Positions 40,763 to 48,419 of a stretch of 64,000 bases of DNA are shown here, piece by piece (position 1 is the first letter of the stretch; the number at the start of each line of letters is the position of its first letter). The stretch comes from Escherichia coli (lineage in GTDB: Bacteria; Pseudomonadota; Gammaproteobacteria; Enterobacterales; Enterobacteriaceae), in NCBI RefSeq assembly GCF_013315695.1, contig NZ_CP054353.1. One strand, written 5' to 3'. The translations under genes and the position numbers were made by a program. The notes below the pieces were generated by a model, which was not told where the DNA came from, ran no database searches, and saw nothing but the letters and a program-made list of their open reading frames with translations.

Positions 40763-41998
40763 TTATTTAGCATGTGAAATAACATTGTCTTTCTGGGCGT
40801 TATCTTTTTTATTATCAATTTTCATTGATAACAAAATAGCTACGGCGATAAAGCAAAGAATCGCCTCAACAATAAATATCCCCGTGGCTCCATAATGTGT
40901 AGAAACATAGCCAAGTGATTTATTGATCAGAAAACCACCCAAACTTGAACAAGAGTTAATAAACGCAATACTGATTGCCAGGCCTGATGGTGAAAGTAAA
41001 GCTGAGGGTAAAGCCCAGTACGGACCGTAATAACTGAGAATGCCTACACCGTATAATGTTAATCCCATCATGCGCAGCGTCATCGAAGGTACAAGTGCGA
41101 TCATTAAAAAACCGCAACCTGCAACCAACATCGGTAGTGCGGCATGCCATTTCCTTTCATTCTTTTTATCGGAATGCCATCCCCATAATGGCATACTGAA
41201 CATCGCGAAAATAAACGGAATACTCATAATCAAACCGACATCGGTATCTGTGAAATCCGATGAAAATCCTTTAACCAACCCCGGTAACCAGTAATTTGCC
41301 GCCAACGCCGCTGCCTGAATAAACATATAAGCAAATGAGAGTTGTAGTAATACTGGATTTTTAATGATTGACAGAAAAGATGCATTTGTATTTTTATTTA
41401 ATGCTGCGGCTTTTTCGTTATCAGAATTAAGTTTATCGACCAATGCGGTGACTTGCGATGGTGTAAGCCAGCGGGCTTTTTCCGGACGATCTGGCAGTAA
41501 ATAAAAGGTCAGCGCCCCCAATAACACCGTAGGAATGCCTTCAATAGCAAAAAGCCAGCGCCATCCTTCATAGTTACCGGTATTCATATGTTCAATAATC
41601 CAACCAGACATTGGTGCCGCCAGCACAGATGCAACTGCGATTGATAACATAAAAAAGCTATTCACTTTTCCACGTTCGCGCGCCGGGAACCAACATGCCA
41701 GGTAGTAAACCATGCCAGGGAAAAACCCCGCTTCAAATATTCCCAAAAAGACCCGAGCGAGCAATATATGCTGGGTGTCTTTGGCAAAGAAAATTAACGT
41801 TGTTACTGTTCCCCAACCAACAATAATGGCGCTAATCCATTTTCTTGCACCTAACTTTTGCAATCCAATACTGCTCGGAGTTTGAAAAATTAAATAGGAC
41901 ACAAAAAATATTGAAGATATATTAGCAAAATCCTCTGGAGTAATACCAAGGGATTCATTCATGCGTAAAGCGGCAAACCCAATATTAACACGATCCAT
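40763..41998 (-). CDS. MFS transporter, anion:cation symporter-like (sugar-acid uptake); 5' end apparently frameshifted, see findings
   Basis: 411-aa ORF with MFS signature (DRVNIGFAA...) ; the expected first about 31 codons are in a different frame (ATG at 42090). Confidence 0.75.
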   Translation of the reverse strand: MDRVNIGFAALRMNESLGITPEDFANISSIFFVSYLIFQTPSSIGLQKLGARKWISAIIVGWGTVTTLIFFAKDTQHILLARVFLGIFEAGFFPGMVYYLACWFPARERGKVNSFFMLSIAVASVLAAPMSGWIIEHMNTGNYEGWRWLFAIEGIPTVLLGALTFYLLPDRPEKARWLTPSQVTALVDKLNSDNEKAAALNKNTNASFLSIIKNPVLLQLSFAYMFIQAAALAANYWLPGLVKGFSSDFTDTDVGLIMSIPFIFAMFSMPLWGWHSDKKNERKWHAALPMLVAGCGFLMIALVPSMTLRMMGLTLYGVGILSYYGPYWALPSALLSPSGLAISIAFINSCSSLGGFLINKSLGYVSTHYGATGIFIVEAILCFIAVAILLSMKIDNKKDNAQKDNVISHAK

Positions 41999-42180
41999 AT
42001 AGTTAAAAAATACAGAATAAATGCTAACGGAATAATCTTCCTTTTCACAATAGAAATGGCATCATACAAATCTTTCTGAGGACTGCTCATTTTGTTTCAC
42101 CTTTTGTGCTTCAATGAATAAGAGTACTACCCGAAGTGGATATTACGTAAAAAATAATCCAGTTCAAAAGGTGATGTGTT

Positions 42181-42196
42181 ATATCTGATATATCAG
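42181..42196. promoter_or_regulatory. palindromic operator-like site ATATCTGATATATCAG (copy 1) in divergent MFS/GntR promoter region
   Basis: CTGATATATCAG is a perfect palindrome; near-identical copy 70 bp downstream. Confidence 0.5.
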
Positions 42197-42250
42197 CCTG
42201 ATCATTGATTGAAACACTAACCTACAACAATAAGATACATTATTTTTGTC

Positions 42251-42266
42251 ATATCTGATATATTAG
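42251..42266. promoter_or_regulatory. operator-like site ATATCTGATATATTAG (copy 2)
   Basis: 15/16 identical to copy 1; 62 bp upstream of the GntR gene start. Confidence 0.5.
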
Positions 42267-42327
42267 ACACCTTCATTTATAAAATGATTACATATAATGG
42301 GTCAGCAGCTTAATAAGGGGCAAAGGA

Positions 42328-43026
42328 ATGAGAGATAAAGCGAAACGTGACTTAAGTCACATATCAATTGAGATACCAAAATCCGTAACCCAGGTCATCA
42401 AAGAAAAAATCAGGGATATGATAATTCATGGCGATCTCAGTCTTGGGCAACCGATAAGTGAAAATGAACTTTCGAATATTCTGGCGGTAAGTAAAACACC
42501 TATTCGTGAAGCTTTTATTTTACTTAGTCACAATGAAAATCTGATCAATATCATTCCACGCAGCGGAACATTCGTTTTTTCCGTAACAGATAAAGATATT
42601 AATGACCTCATAAAAATGCGAGTAATTCTGGAGCAGGGTGCAATTAGTGAAACAATGGAAAAGAATGCAAACAATGTCATCATTGAACTAAATAGTATAC
42701 TATCAAAATCAGCAAAAATTAATGCCGAGCGCGATACTCAGGCTTATCTTAAACTGGATCATGATTTTCATTATGTGTTTGTTAAATACGCTGATAATAA
42801 ATACATCTCTCAGGCACACCAATTGATATCCGCACGTTTACTTGCTATCCGTTATCGACTGGATTTCACTACGGAATATATCACCAATTCAAATCGTGGC
42901 CATGCGACTATTTTAGATATGCTAAAAAATAATAACGTTGAAGGTGTTTGTAATTTTATTACTCATCACGTAAGTAGTGGATTTACCGAGCGCGCACGAA
43001 AAATTCTCTCGTTATCTACACAGTAA
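42328..43026 (+). CDS. GntR-family transcriptional regulator (N-terminal wHTH, C-terminal FCD-like domain)
   Basis: 232-aa ORF with GntR HTH signature (ISENELSNILAVSKTPIREAF); strongly A/T-ending codon usage. Confidence 0.8.
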   Translation: MRDKAKRDLSHISIEIPKSVTQVIKEKIRDMIIHGDLSLGQPISENELSNILAVSKTPIREAFILLSHNENLINIIPRSGTFVFSVTDKDINDLIKMRVILEQGAISETMEKNANNVIIELNSILSKSAKINAERDTQAYLKLDHDFHYVFVKYADNKYISQAHQLISARLLAIRYRLDFTTEYITNSNRGHATILDMLKNNNVEGVCNFITHHVSSGFTERARKILSLSTQ

Positions 43027-43103
43027 AATGTGAATGAGTTTATAACACTGGCACTTTTCACCTGCTATACTGCCCGACAACCTTTATAGACTCTTATGTA
43101 ACA

Positions 43104-43826
43104 ATGAACACTGAAAATCTCCTTAAAAACAATAACGTAGACCACGAAGAGATCGCTAAATTTGAAGCCGTCGCCTCCCGCTGGTGGGATCTGGAAGGTG
43201 AGTTCAAACCGCTGCACCGTATTAACCCGCTGCGTCTGGGCTATATTGCCGAGCGTGCTGGCGGTTTATTTGGCAAAAAGGTGCTCGATGTCGGTTGTGG
43301 CGGCGGCATTCTGGCCGAGAGTATGGCGCGCGAAGGTGCGACGGTGACCGGTCTGGATATGGGCTTTGAGCCATTGCAGGTGGCAAAACTGCACGCACTG
43401 GAAAGCGGCATTCAGGTGGATTACGTGCAGGAAACCGTGGAAGAGCACGCGGCAAAACATGCCGGGCAGTATGATGTGGTGACCTGCATGGAGATGCTGG
43501 AGCACGTCCCCGATCCTCAGTCAGTGGTCAGAGCCTGTGCGCAACTGGTGAAACCGGGCGGCGATGTCTTTTTCTCGACGCTCAACCGCAACGGCAAGTC
43601 ATGGCTGATGGCGGTGGTTGGTGCTGAATATATTTTGCGCATGGTGCCTAAAGGTACACATGATGTGAAGAAGTTTATTAAACCGGCAGAATTGCTGGGC
43701 TGGGTGGATCAGACCAGTCTTAAAGAACGGCATATGACCGGGCTGCATTACAACCCTATAACTAATTCCTTTAAGCTCGGCCCCGGCGTTGATGTGAACT
43801 ATATGCTGCACACGCAGAATAAGTGA
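43104..43826 (+). CDS. ubiG: bifunctional 3-demethylubiquinone / 2-polyprenyl-6-hydroxyphenol O-methyltransferase
   Basis: 240-aa ORF with SAM-binding motif (VLDVGCGGG) matching UbiG. Confidence 0.9.
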   Translation: MNTENLLKNNNVDHEEIAKFEAVASRWWDLEGEFKPLHRINPLRLGYIAERAGGLFGKKVLDVGCGGGILAESMAREGATVTGLDMGFEPLQVAKLHALESGIQVDYVQETVEEHAAKHAGQYDVVTCMEMLEHVPDPQSVVRACAQLVKPGGDVFFSTLNRNGKSWLMAVVGAEYILRMVPKGTHDVKKFIKPAELLGWVDQTSLKERHMTGLHYNPITNSFKLGPGVDVNYMLHTQNK

Positions 43827-43839
43827 GGTTGTTGTTTGG

Positions 43840-43955
43840 ATTCATCCGGCAACCGAGCCAAGCCTGATGCGGCGCTTGCCGCGTCTTATCAGGCCTACAA
43901 ATGCTCCCCGTAGGCCAGATAAGGCGTTTACGCCGCATCCGGCAACAGTGCCGGT
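43840..43955. repeat. REP/BIME cluster between convergent ubiG and yfaL
   Basis: Several GCCGGATGCGGCG / CTTATCAGGCCTAC-type units. Confidence 0.7.
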
Positions 43956-43965
43956 CAGACAGCGA

Positions 43966-46900
43966 TTACCATTTCACTGTCATCGACAAAAACCCTGCCG
44001 TCTGGGCAAAATCATCACTCCCTTTCTGCCACGCCACGCTACCACGCAGCGAAACTCGCTGACTGATATTGCCCGTTATTCCCACTTTTATTTCACCCCG
44101 TTGCTTCGCCGCATCGTCACTGATAGTGCTGCCATCTTCTTCAATTCCCGTCGAATGGGGATCGTGATAATAATTCAGATCTAACGTTGGCGTGACACCA
44201 ACAGCAGTACGCCATTCGCTGTGTAAACCCAGCCGCGTTTGAATATCATCACCCTGCGATTGTGACACGCGCGCATGGTTAGCGGCGGTAAAATCATCCT
44301 GCTGCACGCCCTGATAAATCACCTGCGTCTGCGGTTCAATCACCACACCATGCCCCGGTAACCACTGATAACCGGCTTCCAGCGAGGCGATAATCCCCGA
44401 CGAGTGGTAATGATCCACGCCATCGTCTTGTTCGGAAACATCATTGTTAAACCACACATATTGCAGCCAGCTATCCAACCAGGCCCCCTGCTTCTGATTA
44501 CCGTGCTGATACCAGCTTGAGGTCAGCCCAACGGCATAACCGTGGTTCTGGTTATCGGCGCGAGTTCCGGTCATATTCGAGCGGCTGTCGCCCTGGTTAT
44601 CGCTGTAGCCACCAACAATCCCAAGCATCCACTCGCCATCATCACCCCAGTGCCCGCTAAACAGGTTGCCGCTAAGCTGCACCGTAGAAGTGTCTTCATG
44701 CTGAGCCAACTGCCCTACCGCCGTGTAATGATAACGCCCGCCGATAACGCGTAAATTCAGCGTCTGACCATCGCCACCAGCGTGATCGCGTCGCTCCATC
44801 ACAAATGCCTGATTTGCCGCCCGCAGGTTATTAAAATATCCACCAACTTTGGCATTCAACACCGGCTGGTAGGCAGGCGTAGGTTCCGGGTCGGGGGTTG
44901 GGTCGGGATCCGGCGTGGGATCAGGATCTGGAGTCGGGTCCGGATCGGGCGGCGGCGTCGGATTGACTTCTTGCGATCGCAGATACCAGTCGTTGTTATC
45001 TTCCACCAGCGTATAGTCATACGCCCCCATATTGACGTAGCCGCTGCCCGCCAGACTGAACTGCGCATTGTTTTGAAATTGCGTTGGATCGGCTGCGAAA
45101 TCAACCACTTTAATGCCTGTAGATGTCGGCTCACCAATACCCGTAATGGGATTAATTACCACGGTCGTGTTGCCAGCAGTATTACCGTTCAACACCAGTT
45201 GGTCGCTTGCCGAGTCATCGCCGTTTAATTCGCTGTCGAGAAACAACGTACCGCCACCGGTGTAATCACCGTTTACCGTGAGCGTGTCGCCAGCGACGCC
45301 ATTTTGCAGACTGACAGCACCGGAAGTATTAGTTAGATCACCATTGACCGTCACGTCTGAAAGATAAGTCAGGCTGTCAGTTTCAAGGTTGGTATTAAGC
45401 TCGCCTGTCAGCGTCACACCATCGGTGGCATTCACCAACGTACCGTCGCCGCTAAACAGCGAGGCATCCAGCGCCTGGTTCGTATCCTGCTGCGTCAATC
45501 GCAACACAGTACCATCGGTTATGTCGATATCGCCGCCAGAGGTGGCATCGATTGAACGAATATCCTGATTTTGCCCGGTTTCAAAAACACCGTCTTCCCC
45601 CACCCACAGTGAAGAAACATAAGGAATAATATTCTCCGCTTCACCTTTTAGCGTTCCGTCCTCCACACGTACCGCAGACGTCGCAGTGCCGCTGGCGGTC
45701 AACTCAAGCGTCCCGCCGCCACTTTTAGTCAACGTGCTTACGCTATCCAGTTGTTGCCCGGTACTATCCGCCATCAACCCGCCCCATTGCGTATCTACAC
45801 CATCCTCAACGTGTATTTCGCCATCAGCGCGCATTTCAATATTCCTGCCCTGACCTGTTGTAGCCGAGCGAATGTCAACATCAGTCGTCACATCCATTTC
45901 ACTGTGTTGTTGGGGATCTGTGAAGATCACTGAACGGTTGTAACTTGTGTCCCCCAATTGCGAATTATCGCTGACTTCAAGCGTACCGGAGGCGATTTGC
46001 GTATTACCGAGATAACCGTTGTTATTCGCCAGCGTTACGCGCTGATCCCCCGCATTAATGACGACATAAACGCCATTCTGGCTGGCATCACTGCCGCCAA
46101 TATGTAAATCATCGCCACTGCTGATATCAACGACATCATTACTACCAATCACTGTCCCCCCGCTGCCGCTGATTTGCAGACCGTCATTGTATGAGCTATC
46201 GCCATCCCAGGTGGTGAAATCAGAGAGATCCAATACTCCGCTATTTAGCACGATCGATTGCGGATCGCTCTGCATTGCCCGTAAATCGGCCTGATTCCCC
46301 GCTAGCGACAATACGGCGTTATCTTCCACCACAATATCGCCGGTTAATGCCATCGACTGCGCCCCTGTCAGGAGATAGCTGCCATCTTGCGCTACCGTCA
46401 ACTGTCCTTCACCCTGAATCGAGCCGGAAAAACCGCCCTGGTTTACTGTAACATTGCCGCCTGCGTCGATATTCAAAATGCCATTAGCAAAACCGGTTAA
46501 TGAGTGCACAAACGTTTGTTGTGTATTGCCAACATTCAGTTCTGCCTGATACTCAGAATGAACAGTGCTGCCGACCATCAAACCAAAGCAATCCTGCGGA
46601 TCGCTCTGACAGTGCGTGTCGCCGACATTCATTAACTCATCGCTGCGCCCCAACGTCACCTCGCCATTCTGGATACTCATCTCGCCGGTAAACGCATTAT
46701 TGTCGGCATTGAGGACTAACTCTCCCGCTCCCTCTTTCACGATGACTCCCGTTCCGGCAAGAGAATCAATCGCGCCATCGTTGCTGGTATTGCCTATTAC
46801 CAGCGTTTTATCGGCGGCAATATTAAATTCAGCCACACTATGACCGATATACATAAAGCCCCCCGCCGCTGCCGTCGCCGAATGGTCATATCCCGAGGCG

Positions 46901-47724
46901 CTGTTATTTTCATCAATCATCACACCATTGTTTTGGTCATAATTATCATCAACAGAAATATCAATAAGATACGGGGATGTGGTGCTGCTGGTATAAATTG
47001 CTCCGCCATAACCTTCTGCATAGTTATTGGTAAAGGAGGTATTATTAATTATCGTTTTTCCTGAAAGATGTGTGTTATCCGTACTATTATCCGTAACATC
47101 AATGGCACCGCCGTCCCCATCACTATAGCTGGTTGATGTATATGCCTGATTATTATCAAAAATGACATCACTTAAATAAATATCATTATTGATAGAATAA
47201 ATAGCGCCACCTTTACCATCATTGGCGATATTATTCGCAAATATTGCATTAGTGATATTTAAATCCATATCACCGGCATCGTTTGTTCCCGCAGAATAGA
47301 TTGCTCCGCCATAGCCTCCTGCAACGTTACTGTCGAAAATAACATTCGCAAGATTTATCGTTGAGTTTTCTTTAGCAAAGATAGCTCCGCCATTATTATA
47401 TTCGCCACTAATCGAGTTATTAGCAAACAGGGTCATCCCTGTTTCATTTTGTGGTGATATCGTAAATTCAGCACTTTGCTGCAAAAATACGGCGCCACCG
47501 CTGGCATTATTGGCCATACCCGAAAAAATCACCCATTGCCCATCGGCGATGCTCCAGTCCTGCGTAATGCCTGAAAGGCTTTGCCTGCTGGCCTGACAAC
47601 TCGCTTTGATATCATATCCCTGGCATGAATCCAAAACCTCCGCGACACTGTTAACAGAGAAAAGAGATGCAATCATTGACGGGAGTAAAGATAAATACTC
47701 CTTGCGTAGAAAAATAATCCGCAT
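43966..47724 (-). CDS. yfaL: AIDA-like autotransporter adhesin YfaL (EhaC) with passenger beta-helix, Pro/Thr/Asp-rich linker and C-terminal beta-barrel
   Basis: 1252-aa ORF; signal peptide; linker PTPPPDPDPTPDPDPTPDPDPTPDPEPTP; C-terminal barrel ending in aromatic residue (KW). Confidence 0.85.
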   Translation of the reverse strand: MRIIFLRKEYLSLLPSMIASLFSVNSVAEVLDSCQGYDIKASCQASRQSLSGITQDWSIADGQWVIFSGMANNASGGAVFLQQSAEFTISPQNETGMTLFANNSISGEYNNGGAIFAKENSTINLANVIFDSNVAGGYGGAIYSAGTNDAGDMDLNITNAIFANNIANDGKGGAIYSINNDIYLSDVIFDNNQAYTSTSYSDGDGGAIDVTDNSTDNTHLSGKTIINNTSFTNNYAEGYGGAIYTSSTTSPYLIDISVDDNYDQNNGVMIDENNSASGYDHSATAAAGGFMYIGHSVAEFNIAADKTLVIGNTSNDGAIDSLAGTGVIVKEGAGELVLNADNNAFTGEMSIQNGEVTLGRSDELMNVGDTHCQSDPQDCFGLMVGSTVHSEYQAELNVGNTQQTFVHSLTGFANGILNIDAGGNVTVNQGGFSGSIQGEGQLTVAQDGSYLLTGAQSMALTGDIVVEDNAVLSLAGNQADLRAMQSDPQSIVLNSGVLDLSDFTTWDGDSSYNDGLQISGSGGTVIGSNDVVDISSGDDLHIGGSDASQNGVYVVINAGDQRVTLANNNGYLGNTQIASGTLEVSDNSQLGDTSYNRSVIFTDPQQHSEMDVTTDVDIRSATTGQGRNIEMRADGEIHVEDGVDTQWGGLMADSTGQQLDSVSTLTKSGGGTLELTASGTATSAVRVEDGTLKGEAENIIPYVSSLWVGEDGVFETGQNQDIRSIDATSGGDIDITDGTVLRLTQQDTNQALDASLFSGDGTLVNATDGVTLTGELNTNLETDSLTYLSDVTVNGDLTNTSGAVSLQNGVAGDTLTVNGDYTGGGTLFLDSELNGDDSASDQLVLNGNTAGNTTVVINPITGIGEPTSTGIKVVDFAADPTQFQNNAQFSLAGSGYVNMGAYDYTLVEDNNDWYLRSQEVNPTPPPDPDPTPDPDPTPDPDPTPDPEPTPAYQPVLNAKVGGYFNNLRAANQAFVMERRDHAGGDGQTLNLRVIGGRYHYTAVGQLAQHEDTSTVQLSGNLFSGHWGDDGEWMLGIVGGYSDNQGDSRSNMTGTRADNQNHGYAVGLTSSWYQHGNQKQGAWLDSWLQYVWFNNDVSEQDDGVDHYHSSGIIASLEAGYQWLPGHGVVIEPQTQVIYQGVQQDDFTAANHARVSQSQGDDIQTRLGLHSEWRTAVGVTPTLDLNYYHDPHSTGIEEDGSTISDDAAKQRGEIKVGITGNISQRVSLRGSVAWQKGSDDFAQTAGFLSMTVKW

Positions 47725-48257
47725 ATTAATCTGACCATCATGTTCTATAAGACGGCATATTTAATCGCATTATACGATATGGGTTATTTTTCTTTTGTAA
47801 ATTGTTCAACCCGGTGCAATGGCTATTTTGTTATTATTTCATGAATAATATCAGTGCGTCATAATTCAAGTTAATCACCTTAAGGGATATCAGTTATGTT
47901 TAAACTGAATTAAAGTAATGAATAATTTTCTTATAATATAAGGTAAATTAACAAAATGGCTTCGCATTTAACAACAACCGAAGAGAAAACAACCATTTCG
48001 ACATCAACAATCGCTTACATTCGCTTATATATTGACCATAACTGATACATCAGATTATGTGATGACTCGTGCTTAGATCAATTTTTGCAATCATTAGCCA
48101 AAAGATTAATAAACCATCTATATCAATTTATCTAACCTATTCTTCCGTTCAAGAAATCGCCGAACAGTTATTTTTAACAAATTTTTCTCTTCCCATTGAC
48201 TTTCCCGGACACCTTGTCTGACCTAAGGTGCGCGAAAGCCACTTTTTCCTTCCTGAG

Positions 48258-48266
48258 TTATCCACA
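48258..48266 (+). promoter_or_regulatory. DnaA box TTATCCACA in nrdA promoter region
   Basis: Exact consensus 9-mer read directly about 155 bp upstream of nrdA. Confidence 0.6.
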
Positions 48267-48295
48267 AAGTTATGCACTTGCAAGAGGGCCATTTT

Positions 48296-48345
48296 CACAC
48301 TATCTTGCAGTGAATCCCAAACATACCCCCTATATATAGTGTTCT
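48296..48345 (+). promoter_or_regulatory. two NrdR-box-like palindromes (CACACTATCTTGCAGTG and CCCTATATATAGTGTT) bracketing the nrdA core promoter
   Basis: Two partially palindromic 16-bp elements about 31 bp apart, matching the NrdR box pattern as I recall it. Confidence 0.55.
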
Positions 48346-48419
48346 AAGCAGCTTCCCTCACTACAGGTAGTCTGCATGAAACTATTGCGGAAAGAATTCC
48401 AAAAACAGGTACGACATAC

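Noticed and set aside
42088-42090. ATG at 42090 as a simple in-frame extended start of the MFS gene
   Set aside because: Re-reading the minus strand shows it is out of frame by one nucleotide and the in-frame upstream codon run hits TAG; reported instead as a homopolymer frameshift
44875-44965. Possible CRISPR-like short repeats in yfaL
   Set aside because: Repeats are in-frame coding repeats of a Pro/Thr/Asp linker, with no spacer-repeat architecture and no cas genes in the window
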